Origin: Methanothermobacter thermautotrophicus str. Delta H
Lineage (GTDB): Archaea; Methanobacteriota; Methanobacteria; Methanobacteriales; Methanothermobacteraceae
Direction of reading: 5' to 3'
Assembly (NCBI RefSeq): GCF_000008645.1
Contig: NC_000916.1
Coordinates: forward strand, 420,001 to 452,000
Length of the DNA: 32,000 nt
Shown here: positions 9,583 to 16,666 of the stretch, piece after piece
How the letters are laid out: every line of letters begins with the position of its first letter
Numbering within the stretch: the stretch's first letter is position 1
The notes under the pieces: generated by a model
Told to the model about the DNA's origin: nothing
The model's input: only the letters and a program-made list of their open reading frames with translations
Databases searched by the model: none
Position numbers and translations under genes: made by a program

Positions 9583-9890
9583 ACATCACCACCCATCACT
9601 GAGGATAAGAGGAACACTGAAACCAGGAGGAAGAATGCGTTGAGGTTCAGGAAACACTCAACGACAGCCTCATCCTGCCCCGTGACAAAGGTGAAGCCGA
9701 CCAGTACCGTGAAGATTGATGCAAGGAACACTGATACACATATGAGCCTTGCGGTGCGTCTGTGGAGGAAAAGCATCGAGACTGCAAGTTCCCTGGCTCC
9801 TATCTGCCTGAGTATCCTGACACAGAACCCTATTATGAAAAGACCCATGAAAAGGCCTATCACCCTGTTTATCAGAACCAGCTGATCCAT
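9579..9890 (-). CDS. Small membrane protein, unknown function (likely start at 9890, MDQLVLINRVIG...)
   Basis: ORF 9579..10022; the N-terminal part upstream of MDQLVL is Trp-rich and lies in a duplicated segment, so the internal start is more plausible. Hydrophobic segments LFMGLFIIGFCV, LICVSVFLASIFTVLVGFTF and FFLLVSVFLLS. Confidence 0.45.
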   Translation of the reverse strand: MDQLVLINRVIGLFMGLFIIGFCVRILRQIGARELAVSMLFLHRRTARLICVSVFLASIFTVLVGFTFVTGQDEAVVECFLNLNAFFLLVSVFLLSSVMGGDV

Positions 9891-9968
9891 ATAAACACCA
9901 TAGGTATTATGTTCAGGGGGATATTTATCTATTCCAGTCCCCCACCATGCCATCCATCTGGATACATG

Positions 9969-10045
9969 GGCCACACTCCAACATGCCATCCTCCTCAGCC
10001 ATGACATTACCCCTGGCCACACTCCAACATGCCATCCTCCTCAGC
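9969..10045. repeat. 31-bp exact direct repeat GGCCACACTCCAACATGCCATCCTCCTCAGC, two copies with 46-bp period
   Basis: Copy 1 at 9969-9999 and copy 2 at 10015-10045, identical over 31 nt with a 15-nt spacer. Copy 2 overlaps the stop codon of the MrfB-like gene. Confidence 0.9.
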
Positions 10046-10952
10046 AGATAGCAGAGGTCACATGGGGGATGAGGAGCGCCATGTTGATGATGTCCTCACG
10101 GTTGTGCTCAACCAGGGGGACCAGGGGCCCTGGGCTGCCGGTTGAGATGTAGGTCCTGTAGTAGTCCGGGACGTGTGAGCCGGGTATGTCAAGGTCCCTC
10201 TCAGCACCCAGGATATGCCTCTCCACCGTTGACAGTTTACAGTCAGGGAGTGTGTGCCCCCAGAGTCGCCTTGAAATATGGTATAGGTCCACGTGACAGT
10301 TTTCAAGACTGTTTTCAAGGCCATGGACGGCTGACCTCCTCCTTATGTAGGGGATGTCGAAGCTTGCACCGTTGAAGGTTACGATGATGGAGTCTGGTGG
10401 TATGTGGTGGTAGATCTCAAGGACAGCCCCCTCCATTTCAGGTGCCGGTGCCAGGCGCTGCCTCACATTCATCACCCCATCCTCAATCCATGCCATGCCT
10501 GTGAGTATGACCGGCGCCCCTCCAAGGCCCAGGGTCTCGATGTCCAGGAAGGTGAATCTCTCCTCATCCACAAGACCAAGCGCACCCAGAACCCTGTAAT
10601 CAGAGGATGAACAGTTCAGGTAGCCCCTGATCCCAGGGAAGTCCCCTGAATCAATGAGATCAAGGATGCGTGCTGCCTCCTCCCGGTAGATCTCATGTTC
10701 CAGGAGGTCCTCGATGGTATGGTAGCCCTCAGATTTCAGCATCCTTTCGGTTATGGAACCAACACCCCTCAGCAGTTTCAGATCAGAGAGGATGTGGGGT
10801 CTGACATCAGACCTCCTCAGCTTCACCCTCCTCTCATGGGATATCTCCAGGGCCTCAGAGCCTGCAGCGGTCACCCTGGACGCATCAAAGGTCTCCTCGA
10901 GTGATGCGCCATCATATTCTGTTACGAGATCCCATTTGAGTTTTTCAAGCAC
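10041..10952 (-). CDS. mrfB: MrfB/YprB-like DEDD 3'-5' exonuclease (RNase H-like) with N-terminal helix-hairpin-helix-like segment
   Basis: FTFLDIETLGLGG (DxE), IIVTFNGASFDIPYIRRR, CHVDLYHISRRLW, LSTVERHILGAERDLDIPG, EHNREDIINMALL: all DEDD/YprB (RNase_H_2) motifs. LKLLRGVGSITERMLKSEGYHTIEDLLEH resembles an HhH. Confidence 0.8.
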   Translation of the reverse strand: MLEKLKWDLVTEYDGASLEETFDASRVTAAGSEALEISHERRVKLRRSDVRPHILSDLKLLRGVGSITERMLKSEGYHTIEDLLEHEIYREEAARILDLIDSGDFPGIRGYLNCSSSDYRVLGALGLVDEERFTFLDIETLGLGGAPVILTGMAWIEDGVMNVRQRLAPAPEMEGAVLEIYHHIPPDSIIVTFNGASFDIPYIRRRSAVHGLENSLENCHVDLYHISRRLWGHTLPDCKLSTVERHILGAERDLDIPGSHVPDYYRTYISTGSPGPLVPLVEHNREDIINMALLIPHVTSAIC

Positions 10953-10993
10953 ACTATACCTCCAGCATCATCCTTCAATTTTTCAGCCCCGGA

Positions 10994-13462
10994 CTATGAG
11001 CCGTTCATGGCCCTCTCATGGAAGTAGGCCGCCATCTCAACCTCCCCCTGCCTTCTGAGTATTTCCCCCATCAGGTAGCATGCCCCTGGATTTCCAGGGT
11101 CCCTCTCAAGGACCTCATGTAGCCTTAACTTGGCATCCAGGAGGTTACCCTCACTGCAGAGCTCCTCCACCCCTGCGAGGACATCCCCATCAACCTCACT
11201 GGCCTCCCTGACCTCACCCGAGGTCTGCTCCATGAGGTACTCCAGTATCTTCACCGTCGCATCCCTGTGGAGCGGCGAGTTCTCGTTGCCGCACTTTGGT
11301 GAGTAGATACATGATGGGCAGCCCTCGGTGCAGCTGCAGGATGATACAAGTTCAAGGGTCGATGCCAGGAGGTCCCCGAAGACCTCAACACCCTTCTCTG
11401 CAAGTCCTATTCCGCCCTCGAAGCCGTCATATATGAATATAGTGGCCTCCTGTGTGTCCGGGTGCATGGGTGTGGATATGCCCCCGATATCACTCCTGTC
11501 GCAGAGGACGTGGAGGGGGAAGAGGGATATGAGGGCGTCTTCAGCCCCATGTATTCCCCCGTGGAAGGCATCCCCACCGTACATCTCCTCAACCTCATCC
11601 CTGAGGGAGTCTGGGATGGTGAACCAGAGGGCCCTGGTCCTGAACCTGAGTGGTGGGAGGTCAAGTTCCCTTTTACCCAGGACCCTGCTGTAGCTCATTA
11701 CCCTGTATCCTGTGTAGTGCTCGGTCACCTCAACCTCGCCGAAGTTAACCTCAAGGTCCCCCAGTCTCCGCTGCCGGAGCTTCCTTATAATCCTGAGCTC
11801 GGTGTCCCTGAGGACACTGGTATGGTACTCAACGTCCCTCCTGTCAACGATTATCCTCCTGCCTTCAAGGTCAAAGTCCCGTACGGTGTAGGTGTTGCCG
11901 TGGTTCATGAGCACCGCACCCTCATGGGCCTCCCTGTAGGCCTGGGAGCGGCTCATGGTCTCAAGGACGCGGCCCTCACAGATGACCGTGAAGGTGTCCT
12001 GGGAGACGTCATCGAGGCCGTACCTGAACTGGGGGTCGCCGCTGCAGGTGAGACCATCTGGTGCCAGTTCAAGCTCCCCATCAGCAAGCATCTCCCCTGC
12101 AACACCCACGCTGAAGTCGTATTCCAGGAAGTCATCCAGGATTAAGGGCAGCTCGGAGGCCGCGCATGCAGTCTGGTTCCTCAGTATCAGCCTGTTCTGG
12201 AGGTCTATTATTGCATTCTCATGGGGCCTCTCAAAGATGAATGAGGGGTTCTTCATGATGTACTGGTCCAGGGGGTTCTCGAAGGCCACCAGGATCACCA
12301 TGGAGTCCTTCAGGTTCCTCCCGGCCCTCCCGGCCTGCTGCCAGGTCGATATCATGGTCCCGGGGTAACCAGATATTATGACGGCGTCCAGTGAACCTAT
12401 GTCTATGCCGAGCTCCAGGGCATTGGTTGCAGTGACACCCAGGAGCCTCCCCTCCTTGAGGTCGGCCTCTATCCTCCGCCTCTGCTCTGCAAGGTAACCT
12501 GCCCTGTAGGACGTCACCCTGTCAACGAGTTTGCGGTTCTCCCTATCAAGCTGCTCCCTCGTCCAGCGGGTTACAAGTTCAGCCATCTTCCTTGAGATGG
12601 TGAAGCAGAGGGTCTGCACGCCCCTCAGAACAAGGTATGAGAGTATGGCTGAGGTTTCAAGGTGCGCTGAGGGGTCACCCCTCTTCCTGTAGGGGTTGTA
12701 GAGTATGAAGTGCTTCGGACCTGAGGGTGAAGTGTCATCCGAGATCACCCTGAAGTCAAGGCCTGTGAGTTTACGTGAAAACTCGGCAGGGTTTGCCAGG
12801 GTTGCGCTTGCAAGGACGAACTGGGGCTCTGAGCCGTAGTACCTGCAGATCCTCCGCAGCCTCCTCAGGAGGAGGGCCACGTTGGAGCCGAAAACCCCCC
12901 TGTACTGGTGGGCCTCATCAATCACCACGTAGCGCAGGTTACTGTAGAACCGCCTCCACTGGTGATGCCAGGGGAGTATGCGGTGGAGCTGGTGGGGGTT
13001 GGTGAGTATCACCCTGGAGTTCTCTCTTATCCAGGGCCTCCGCTCCCTGGGTGTGTCACCATCATAGGTTGACGGGTTGAGTTTGAGTCCGAGCTCTGAC
13101 TCCAGCTCCTCCAGGACCCCGAGCTGGTCCCTTGAGAGGGCCTTGACAGGGTATATGTAGAGGGCCGTTGCATCAGGGTTGAGGGTGAGGGTCTCCATGA
13201 TGGGGAGATTGAAGGCCAGTGTCTTCCCGGAGGCCGTGGGGGTTGTTATGAGGATGTTCATCCCCTCCCTTATGGCGTCGAGGGCCTCCCTCTGGTGGCG
13301 GTAAAGCCTTATACCCCCTGCATCCAGGTAGTCCCGGATGTTATCAGGGATGTCTGTGGAGTCAGAGTACCTTGCTTCACGGCCAGGGATTGTCTCCACG
13401 TGTTCTATGGCATCCCTGAACCGCCAGTCCCTCCTGAACCTCTCAAGAACCCTTTTAACCAT
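10994..13462 (-). CDS. mrfA: MrfA/YprA/Hrq1-like SF2 helicase with DUF1998-type Zn-binding C-terminus and C-terminal TPR-like tail
   Basis: RLYRHQREALDAIREGMNILITTPTASGKTLAFNLPI; VVIDEAHQYRGVFGSNVALLLRRLRR; FVLASATLANP; TNALELGIDIGSLDAVIISGYPGTMISTWQQAGRAGR; SCSCTEGCPSCIYSPKCGNENSPLHRDAT (four-Cys MrfA motif). The C-terminal LLDAKLRLHEVLERDPGNPGACYLMGEILRRQGEVEMAAYFHERAM is TPR-like. Confidence 0.88.
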   Translation of the reverse strand: MVKRVLERFRRDWRFRDAIEHVETIPGREARYSDSTDIPDNIRDYLDAGGIRLYRHQREALDAIREGMNILITTPTASGKTLAFNLPIMETLTLNPDATALYIYPVKALSRDQLGVLEELESELGLKLNPSTYDGDTPRERRPWIRENSRVILTNPHQLHRILPWHHQWRRFYSNLRYVVIDEAHQYRGVFGSNVALLLRRLRRICRYYGSEPQFVLASATLANPAEFSRKLTGLDFRVISDDTSPSGPKHFILYNPYRKRGDPSAHLETSAILSYLVLRGVQTLCFTISRKMAELVTRWTREQLDRENRKLVDRVTSYRAGYLAEQRRRIEADLKEGRLLGVTATNALELGIDIGSLDAVIISGYPGTMISTWQQAGRAGRNLKDSMVILVAFENPLDQYIMKNPSFIFERPHENAIIDLQNRLILRNQTACAASELPLILDDFLEYDFSVGVAGEMLADGELELAPDGLTCSGDPQFRYGLDDVSQDTFTVICEGRVLETMSRSQAYREAHEGAVLMNHGNTYTVRDFDLEGRRIIVDRRDVEYHTSVLRDTELRIIRKLRQRRLGDLEVNFGEVEVTEHYTGYRVMSYSRVLGKRELDLPPLRFRTRALWFTIPDSLRDEVEEMYGGDAFHGGIHGAEDALISLFPLHVLCDRSDIGGISTPMHPDTQEATIFIYDGFEGGIGLAEKGVEVFGDLLASTLELVSSCSCTEGCPSCIYSPKCGNENSPLHRDATVKILEYLMEQTSGEVREASEVDGDVLAGVEELCSEGNLLDAKLRLHEVLERDPGNPGACYLMGEILRRQGEVEMAAYFHERAMNGS

Positions 13463-13609
13463 GAAAATGAATTATGGTTTAATCTTATTTAATTGTTGTC
13501 CAGGGTGCAGAATATCCGTTTATTTAATCTCCAGACTGGCGAAACAGATTCCGGGCGTTACACTTTTCCTTCTGATGAACATAATATGATACAGTGTGTA
13601 TTAGGGTGT

Positions 13610-14147
13610 GTGACTTTAAGGAGATATGTGGCTGTGGCCATCATCATGGCCGGCCTGGTCCTGCAGCGGCCTATCTCTCAGGGGGTGGAGCCCCTGTGGA
13701 GGGTCGTGTGGCCCTGGTGGTCTTCGCGGACTAGGACCCGCATGAATTTGAAACTCAGCGCTGAGGTCACCGTGATAGGGGCGGGAGACCTCCCATCTGG
13801 CTACGATATCCGCATTGAGGATGTGAAGCCATCCTATATCAGGGGCCACGATGCAGTTATCTTCACAGGTGGAAGCGGCCTCTACAGGAGGGCGAAGTCC
13901 GGCCGGGTGGACCGGGACCTGGAGATGGCGGCCGATACAGCAGAATCAGCCAGCAGGAGTGATAGGATCATAGGCGCCATATGCGCTGCCCCGGCCATAC
14001 CAGCCATGGCCGGAATCATGAGGGGGTCAGAATGCTACCATATACCCCGGCCTTGAGGGTGTCCTCTCAGAGAACGGCGCCAGATACGTGAAGGGTGACG
14101 TCGTGGTTTCAGGGAGGATTGTAACGGTACCCGCCCCTGAATCCGCC
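13610..14147 (+). pseudogene. DJ-1/PfpI family protein, multiply frameshifted
   Basis: Pieces in different frames: an N-terminal hydrophobic segment YVAVAIIMAGLVL; APVEGRVALVVFAD; LKLSAEVTVIGAGDLPSGYDIRIEDVKPSYIRGHDAVIFTGGSGLYRR...DRIIGAICAAPAIPAMAGIMRG; then (shifted) ATIYPGLEGVLSENGARYVKGDVVVSGRIVTVPAPESA*. Together these reconstruct a PfpI/DJ-1 fold sequence including the GAICAAP nucleophile elbow. Confidence 0.7.
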
Positions 14148-14186
14148 TAAACTGAGGGATACCCTCAGGGAGATGATCAGGAAGAG

Positions 14187-14708
14187 ATGAGGTGTGCATT
14201 CATGAAGAAGTATATTTTAATTGTGATGCTTGCCCTGATGGTTGCGGGCTGCGTCTCTGAGGATGGTAACTACACATACAATGAGGGTGTCCAGGACAGC
14301 AATGTGGACAATCCTGTTAATGATTCATGGACCAGCGACTCCCAGGATAAGGTTAACGATACTGCTGAGAAAAAATCCAGTTATGAGGCATCAGGCAGCT
14401 GTTACCATGTGGTTGACGGTGACACCATAGACGTTGAGGGCGTCGGGAGGATACGCCTGGTAGGGGTTAACACCCCTGAACGTGGACAGCCAGGCTACAG
14501 GGAGGCGAAGGACTTCGTGAAGTCCATGTGCCTTGGAAGAACAGTCCAGCTGGACATCGATGATGCTAAAAGACACGACAGGTATGGGAGGGTCCTTGCA
14601 GTTGTCTACGTCGACGGTGTCAACCTCAACAGGGAGCTTCTCAGGCGCGGCTATGCCGAGGTAATGTACATACCACCCTCTGAGTTTAACCCATATGGGT
14701 GGACATAA
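14187..14708 (+). CDS. Secreted, lipobox-containing staphylococcal-nuclease-like (thermonuclease) protein; start may be 14202
   Basis: Signal/lipobox MKKYILIVMLALMVAGC, Ser/Asn-rich linker, then CYHVVDGDTIDVEGVGRIRLVGVNTPERGQPGYREAKDFVKSMCLGRTVQLDIDDAKRHDRYGRVLAVVYVDGVNLNRELLRRGYAEVMY. SNase catalytic pattern DGDT, R.RL.G..TPE and D..DRYGR is intact. Confidence 0.88.
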   Translation: MRCAFMKKYILIVMLALMVAGCVSEDGNYTYNEGVQDSNVDNPVNDSWTSDSQDKVNDTAEKKSSYEASGSCYHVVDGDTIDVEGVGRIRLVGVNTPERGQPGYREAKDFVKSMCLGRTVQLDIDDAKRHDRYGRVLAVVYVDGVNLNRELLRRGYAEVMYIPPSEFNPYGWT

Positions 14709-14773
14709 CAAAAAATAATTTAATGTGGTTAAGATAAATCATCAATGACAGGTAACCAGAGGCAGGTTCGGCG
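14709..14773 (+). promoter_or_regulatory. Putative archaeal promoter for the DISARM-like operon
   Basis: A/T-rich AAAAAATAATTTAATG box at about 14710-14725, roughly 50-60 nt upstream of the methyltransferase ATG at 14774. Pattern only. Confidence 0.4.
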
Positions 14774-16015
14774 ATGTCAGATGTTGTGTTGATTGACATA
14801 TTTGCAGGTGCGGGGGGGCTTACTGAAGGTTTCCTTCGGAGTGATTATACATTCGTTTCACATATTGAGATGGACAGGGATGCGATTCAGACACTGGAGA
14901 CAAGGGGACTCTATCATCACCTGCAGAGCGATGGTGACCCCGAGGATTACACCGAATACGTTAATGGTGAGATAGGACGTGAAGAACTATTCAGAAGATA
15001 TCCTGACTTTGACAGTGAACTGTACATGAACCTTGAACTCACAGAGGAAAACGTGGACAGGGTCATAGAGACCATCAGGTCAAAGATGAATGATATGGGG
15101 ACAGTTTCTGTTGATGGCATAATAGGTGGGCCTCCATGTCAGGCGTACTCATATGCTGGCAGATCCCGGAAGAACATGGAAAAGGACAGGAGAAACTACC
15201 TCTACCTCCTGTACATTAAATTCCTGAAAGAATTCCAGCCGGAATTCTTTGTATTCGAGAACGTCCCCGGGATGAAGTCAGCGCAAAGGGGCCACATACT
15301 ATCTGATTTCCAGAGGAAGGTAACAGACCTGGAATATAAACTTGACTTTGAAGTGCGTGATGCATATAACTTCGGGGTCCCTCAGAGGAGAAGGAGGATC
15401 ATAGTCATCGGCCACCGCATGGAAGATAAAAGGATACAGTTTGATGAGGAGAGGTATGCCGGTACAGTGAATGACATCCTATGTGATCTGCCCGCCCTTG
15501 AACCCGGCCAGGGCACAGACGGGCCCCAGGAATATAGATCCAGACCATCACGCCTCCTGAATGAGATGGGTATAAGGACAGAGAATGATATTCTCCGACA
15601 TCACCAGGCGCGAAGACACAACCCGCGGGACCGCGAAATTTACAGGAGAACAATTGACGCATGGAACTCAGAGAGGAGAAGATTAAAATATACAGAACTT
15701 CCACCGGAACTCAGGACACACAGGAACACCAGGAGCTTCCTTGACCGTTACAAGGTGGTTGCAGGGGACCTCCCCTATTCCCATACCATTGTCGCGCATA
15801 TATCAAAGGATGGACACTACTACATCCACCCCGACAGAGAACAGGCCCGTTCTCTGACCGTAAGGGAAGCTGCAAGGATCCAGTCCTTCCCGGATAACTA
15901 CATATTTGAAGGATCCATGACCTCAAAGTACCGGCAGATAGGAAACGCCGTGCCTCCACTAATGTCTGAGAAGATTGCCCGCAAACTTTATGAAATCTAC
16001 AGGGGGGACCTCTGA
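14774..16015 (+). CDS. DNA (cytosine-5-)-methyltransferase; DrmMII candidate of a class-2-like DISARM
   Basis: Motif I DIFAGAGGLTEGF, IV GGPPCQAYSYAGR, VI FVFENVPG, VIII QRRRRIIVIG, IX ARSLTVREAARIQSFPD, X YRQIGNAVPPLM. Complete 413 aa. Confidence 0.95.
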   Translation: MSDVVLIDIFAGAGGLTEGFLRSDYTFVSHIEMDRDAIQTLETRGLYHHLQSDGDPEDYTEYVNGEIGREELFRRYPDFDSELYMNLELTEENVDRVIETIRSKMNDMGTVSVDGIIGGPPCQAYSYAGRSRKNMEKDRRNYLYLLYIKFLKEFQPEFFVFENVPGMKSAQRGHILSDFQRKVTDLEYKLDFEVRDAYNFGVPQRRRRIIVIGHRMEDKRIQFDEERYAGTVNDILCDLPALEPGQGTDGPQEYRSRPSRLLNEMGIRTENDILRHHQARRHNPRDREIYRRTIDAWNSERRRLKYTELPPELRTHRNTRSFLDRYKVVAGDLPYSHTIVAHISKDGHYYIHPDREQARSLTVREAARIQSFPDNYIFEGSMTSKYRQIGNAVPPLMSEKIARKLYEIYRGDL

Positions 16016-16665
16016 TTTCTGAAAAGGATCTGCTGCTTGATATTCATACCAGAATCTGCGAATGGGGAAAAAAGAATTTAAGGAAATTTCCCTGGCGCGA
16101 AAGAAGAGATGACTATGGAATTCTGCTGGCTGAAATAATGCTTCACAGAACACGCGCAGAACAGGTGCTTGAAATTTATGAAAACTTTGTTGAAAAATTT
16201 CCTGATTTTAAATCGGTGTGTGAAGCGGGACAGGAAACAATAGAAAAAGAAATGGAGTCCCTTGGTCTCAGATGGAGAGCCAGAAATCTCCATAAACTCG
16301 CATGTGAGATTGAAAGCAGACACGGGGGGGCTGTTCCAAAAAACAAAAATGATCTCCTTGAACTTCCAGGCATTGGGAACTACATTTCCTCGGCGTTTTT
16401 ATGTTTTTCCAAAAATATTCCAGAACCCCTTCTGGACACGAACACCGTCAGAATCATTGGTAGATTGTTTGATCTTGAGATCAGTGATTCATCCCGCAGA
16501 AAAAAGGATTTTGAAACAGTAATGAGGAAAATTCTTGAATTTGGTGACTGCAGACACCTTTCACTATCGATGATCGATTTCGGAGAGGCTGTGTGCAGAG
16601 CTAGCGATCCCCTCTGCCATGAATGTCCCCTGAAACTATCATGCAACTTTTACAGGAGATGTTAG
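16015..16665 (+). CDS. HhH-GPD DNA glycosylase with C-terminal 4Fe-4S cluster, Mig/TDG-like (T:G or U:G mismatch) rather than Endo III
   Basis: The ORF track gives 16138..16665, but the same frame is open upstream to the methyltransferase stop and encodes ISEKDLLLDIHTRICEWGKKNLRKFPWRERRDDYGILLAEIMLHRTRAEQV. HhH LPGIGNYISSAFLCF has Tyr at the Endo III Lys position; PLLDTNTVRII carries the catalytic Asp; C-x6-C-x2-C-x5-C is CRASDPLCHECPLKLSC. The exact non-AUG start (16012 or 16015 region) is uncertain. Confidence 0.8.
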   Translation: MSEKDLLLDIHTRICEWGKKNLRKFPWRERRDDYGILLAEIMLHRTRAEQVLEIYENFVEKFPDFKSVCEAGQETIEKEMESLGLRWRARNLHKLACEIESRHGGAVPKNKNDLLELPGIGNYISSAFLCFSKNIPEPLLDTNTVRIIGRLFDLEISDSSRRKKDFETVMRKILEFGDCRHLSLSMIDFGEAVCRASDPLCHECPLKLSCNFYRRC

Positions 16666-16666
16666 A

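Noticed and set aside
11462-12145. 227-aa plus-strand ORF opposite the MrfA-like helicase
   Set aside because: Fully antisense to conserved helicase/DUF1998 sequence and has no recognisable motif.
16138-16665. Glycosylase start at 16138 as in the ORF track
   Set aside because: This start deletes the conserved FPWR helix region that is encoded in frame upstream, so it is probably an artefact of requiring an ATG/GTG/TTG start.
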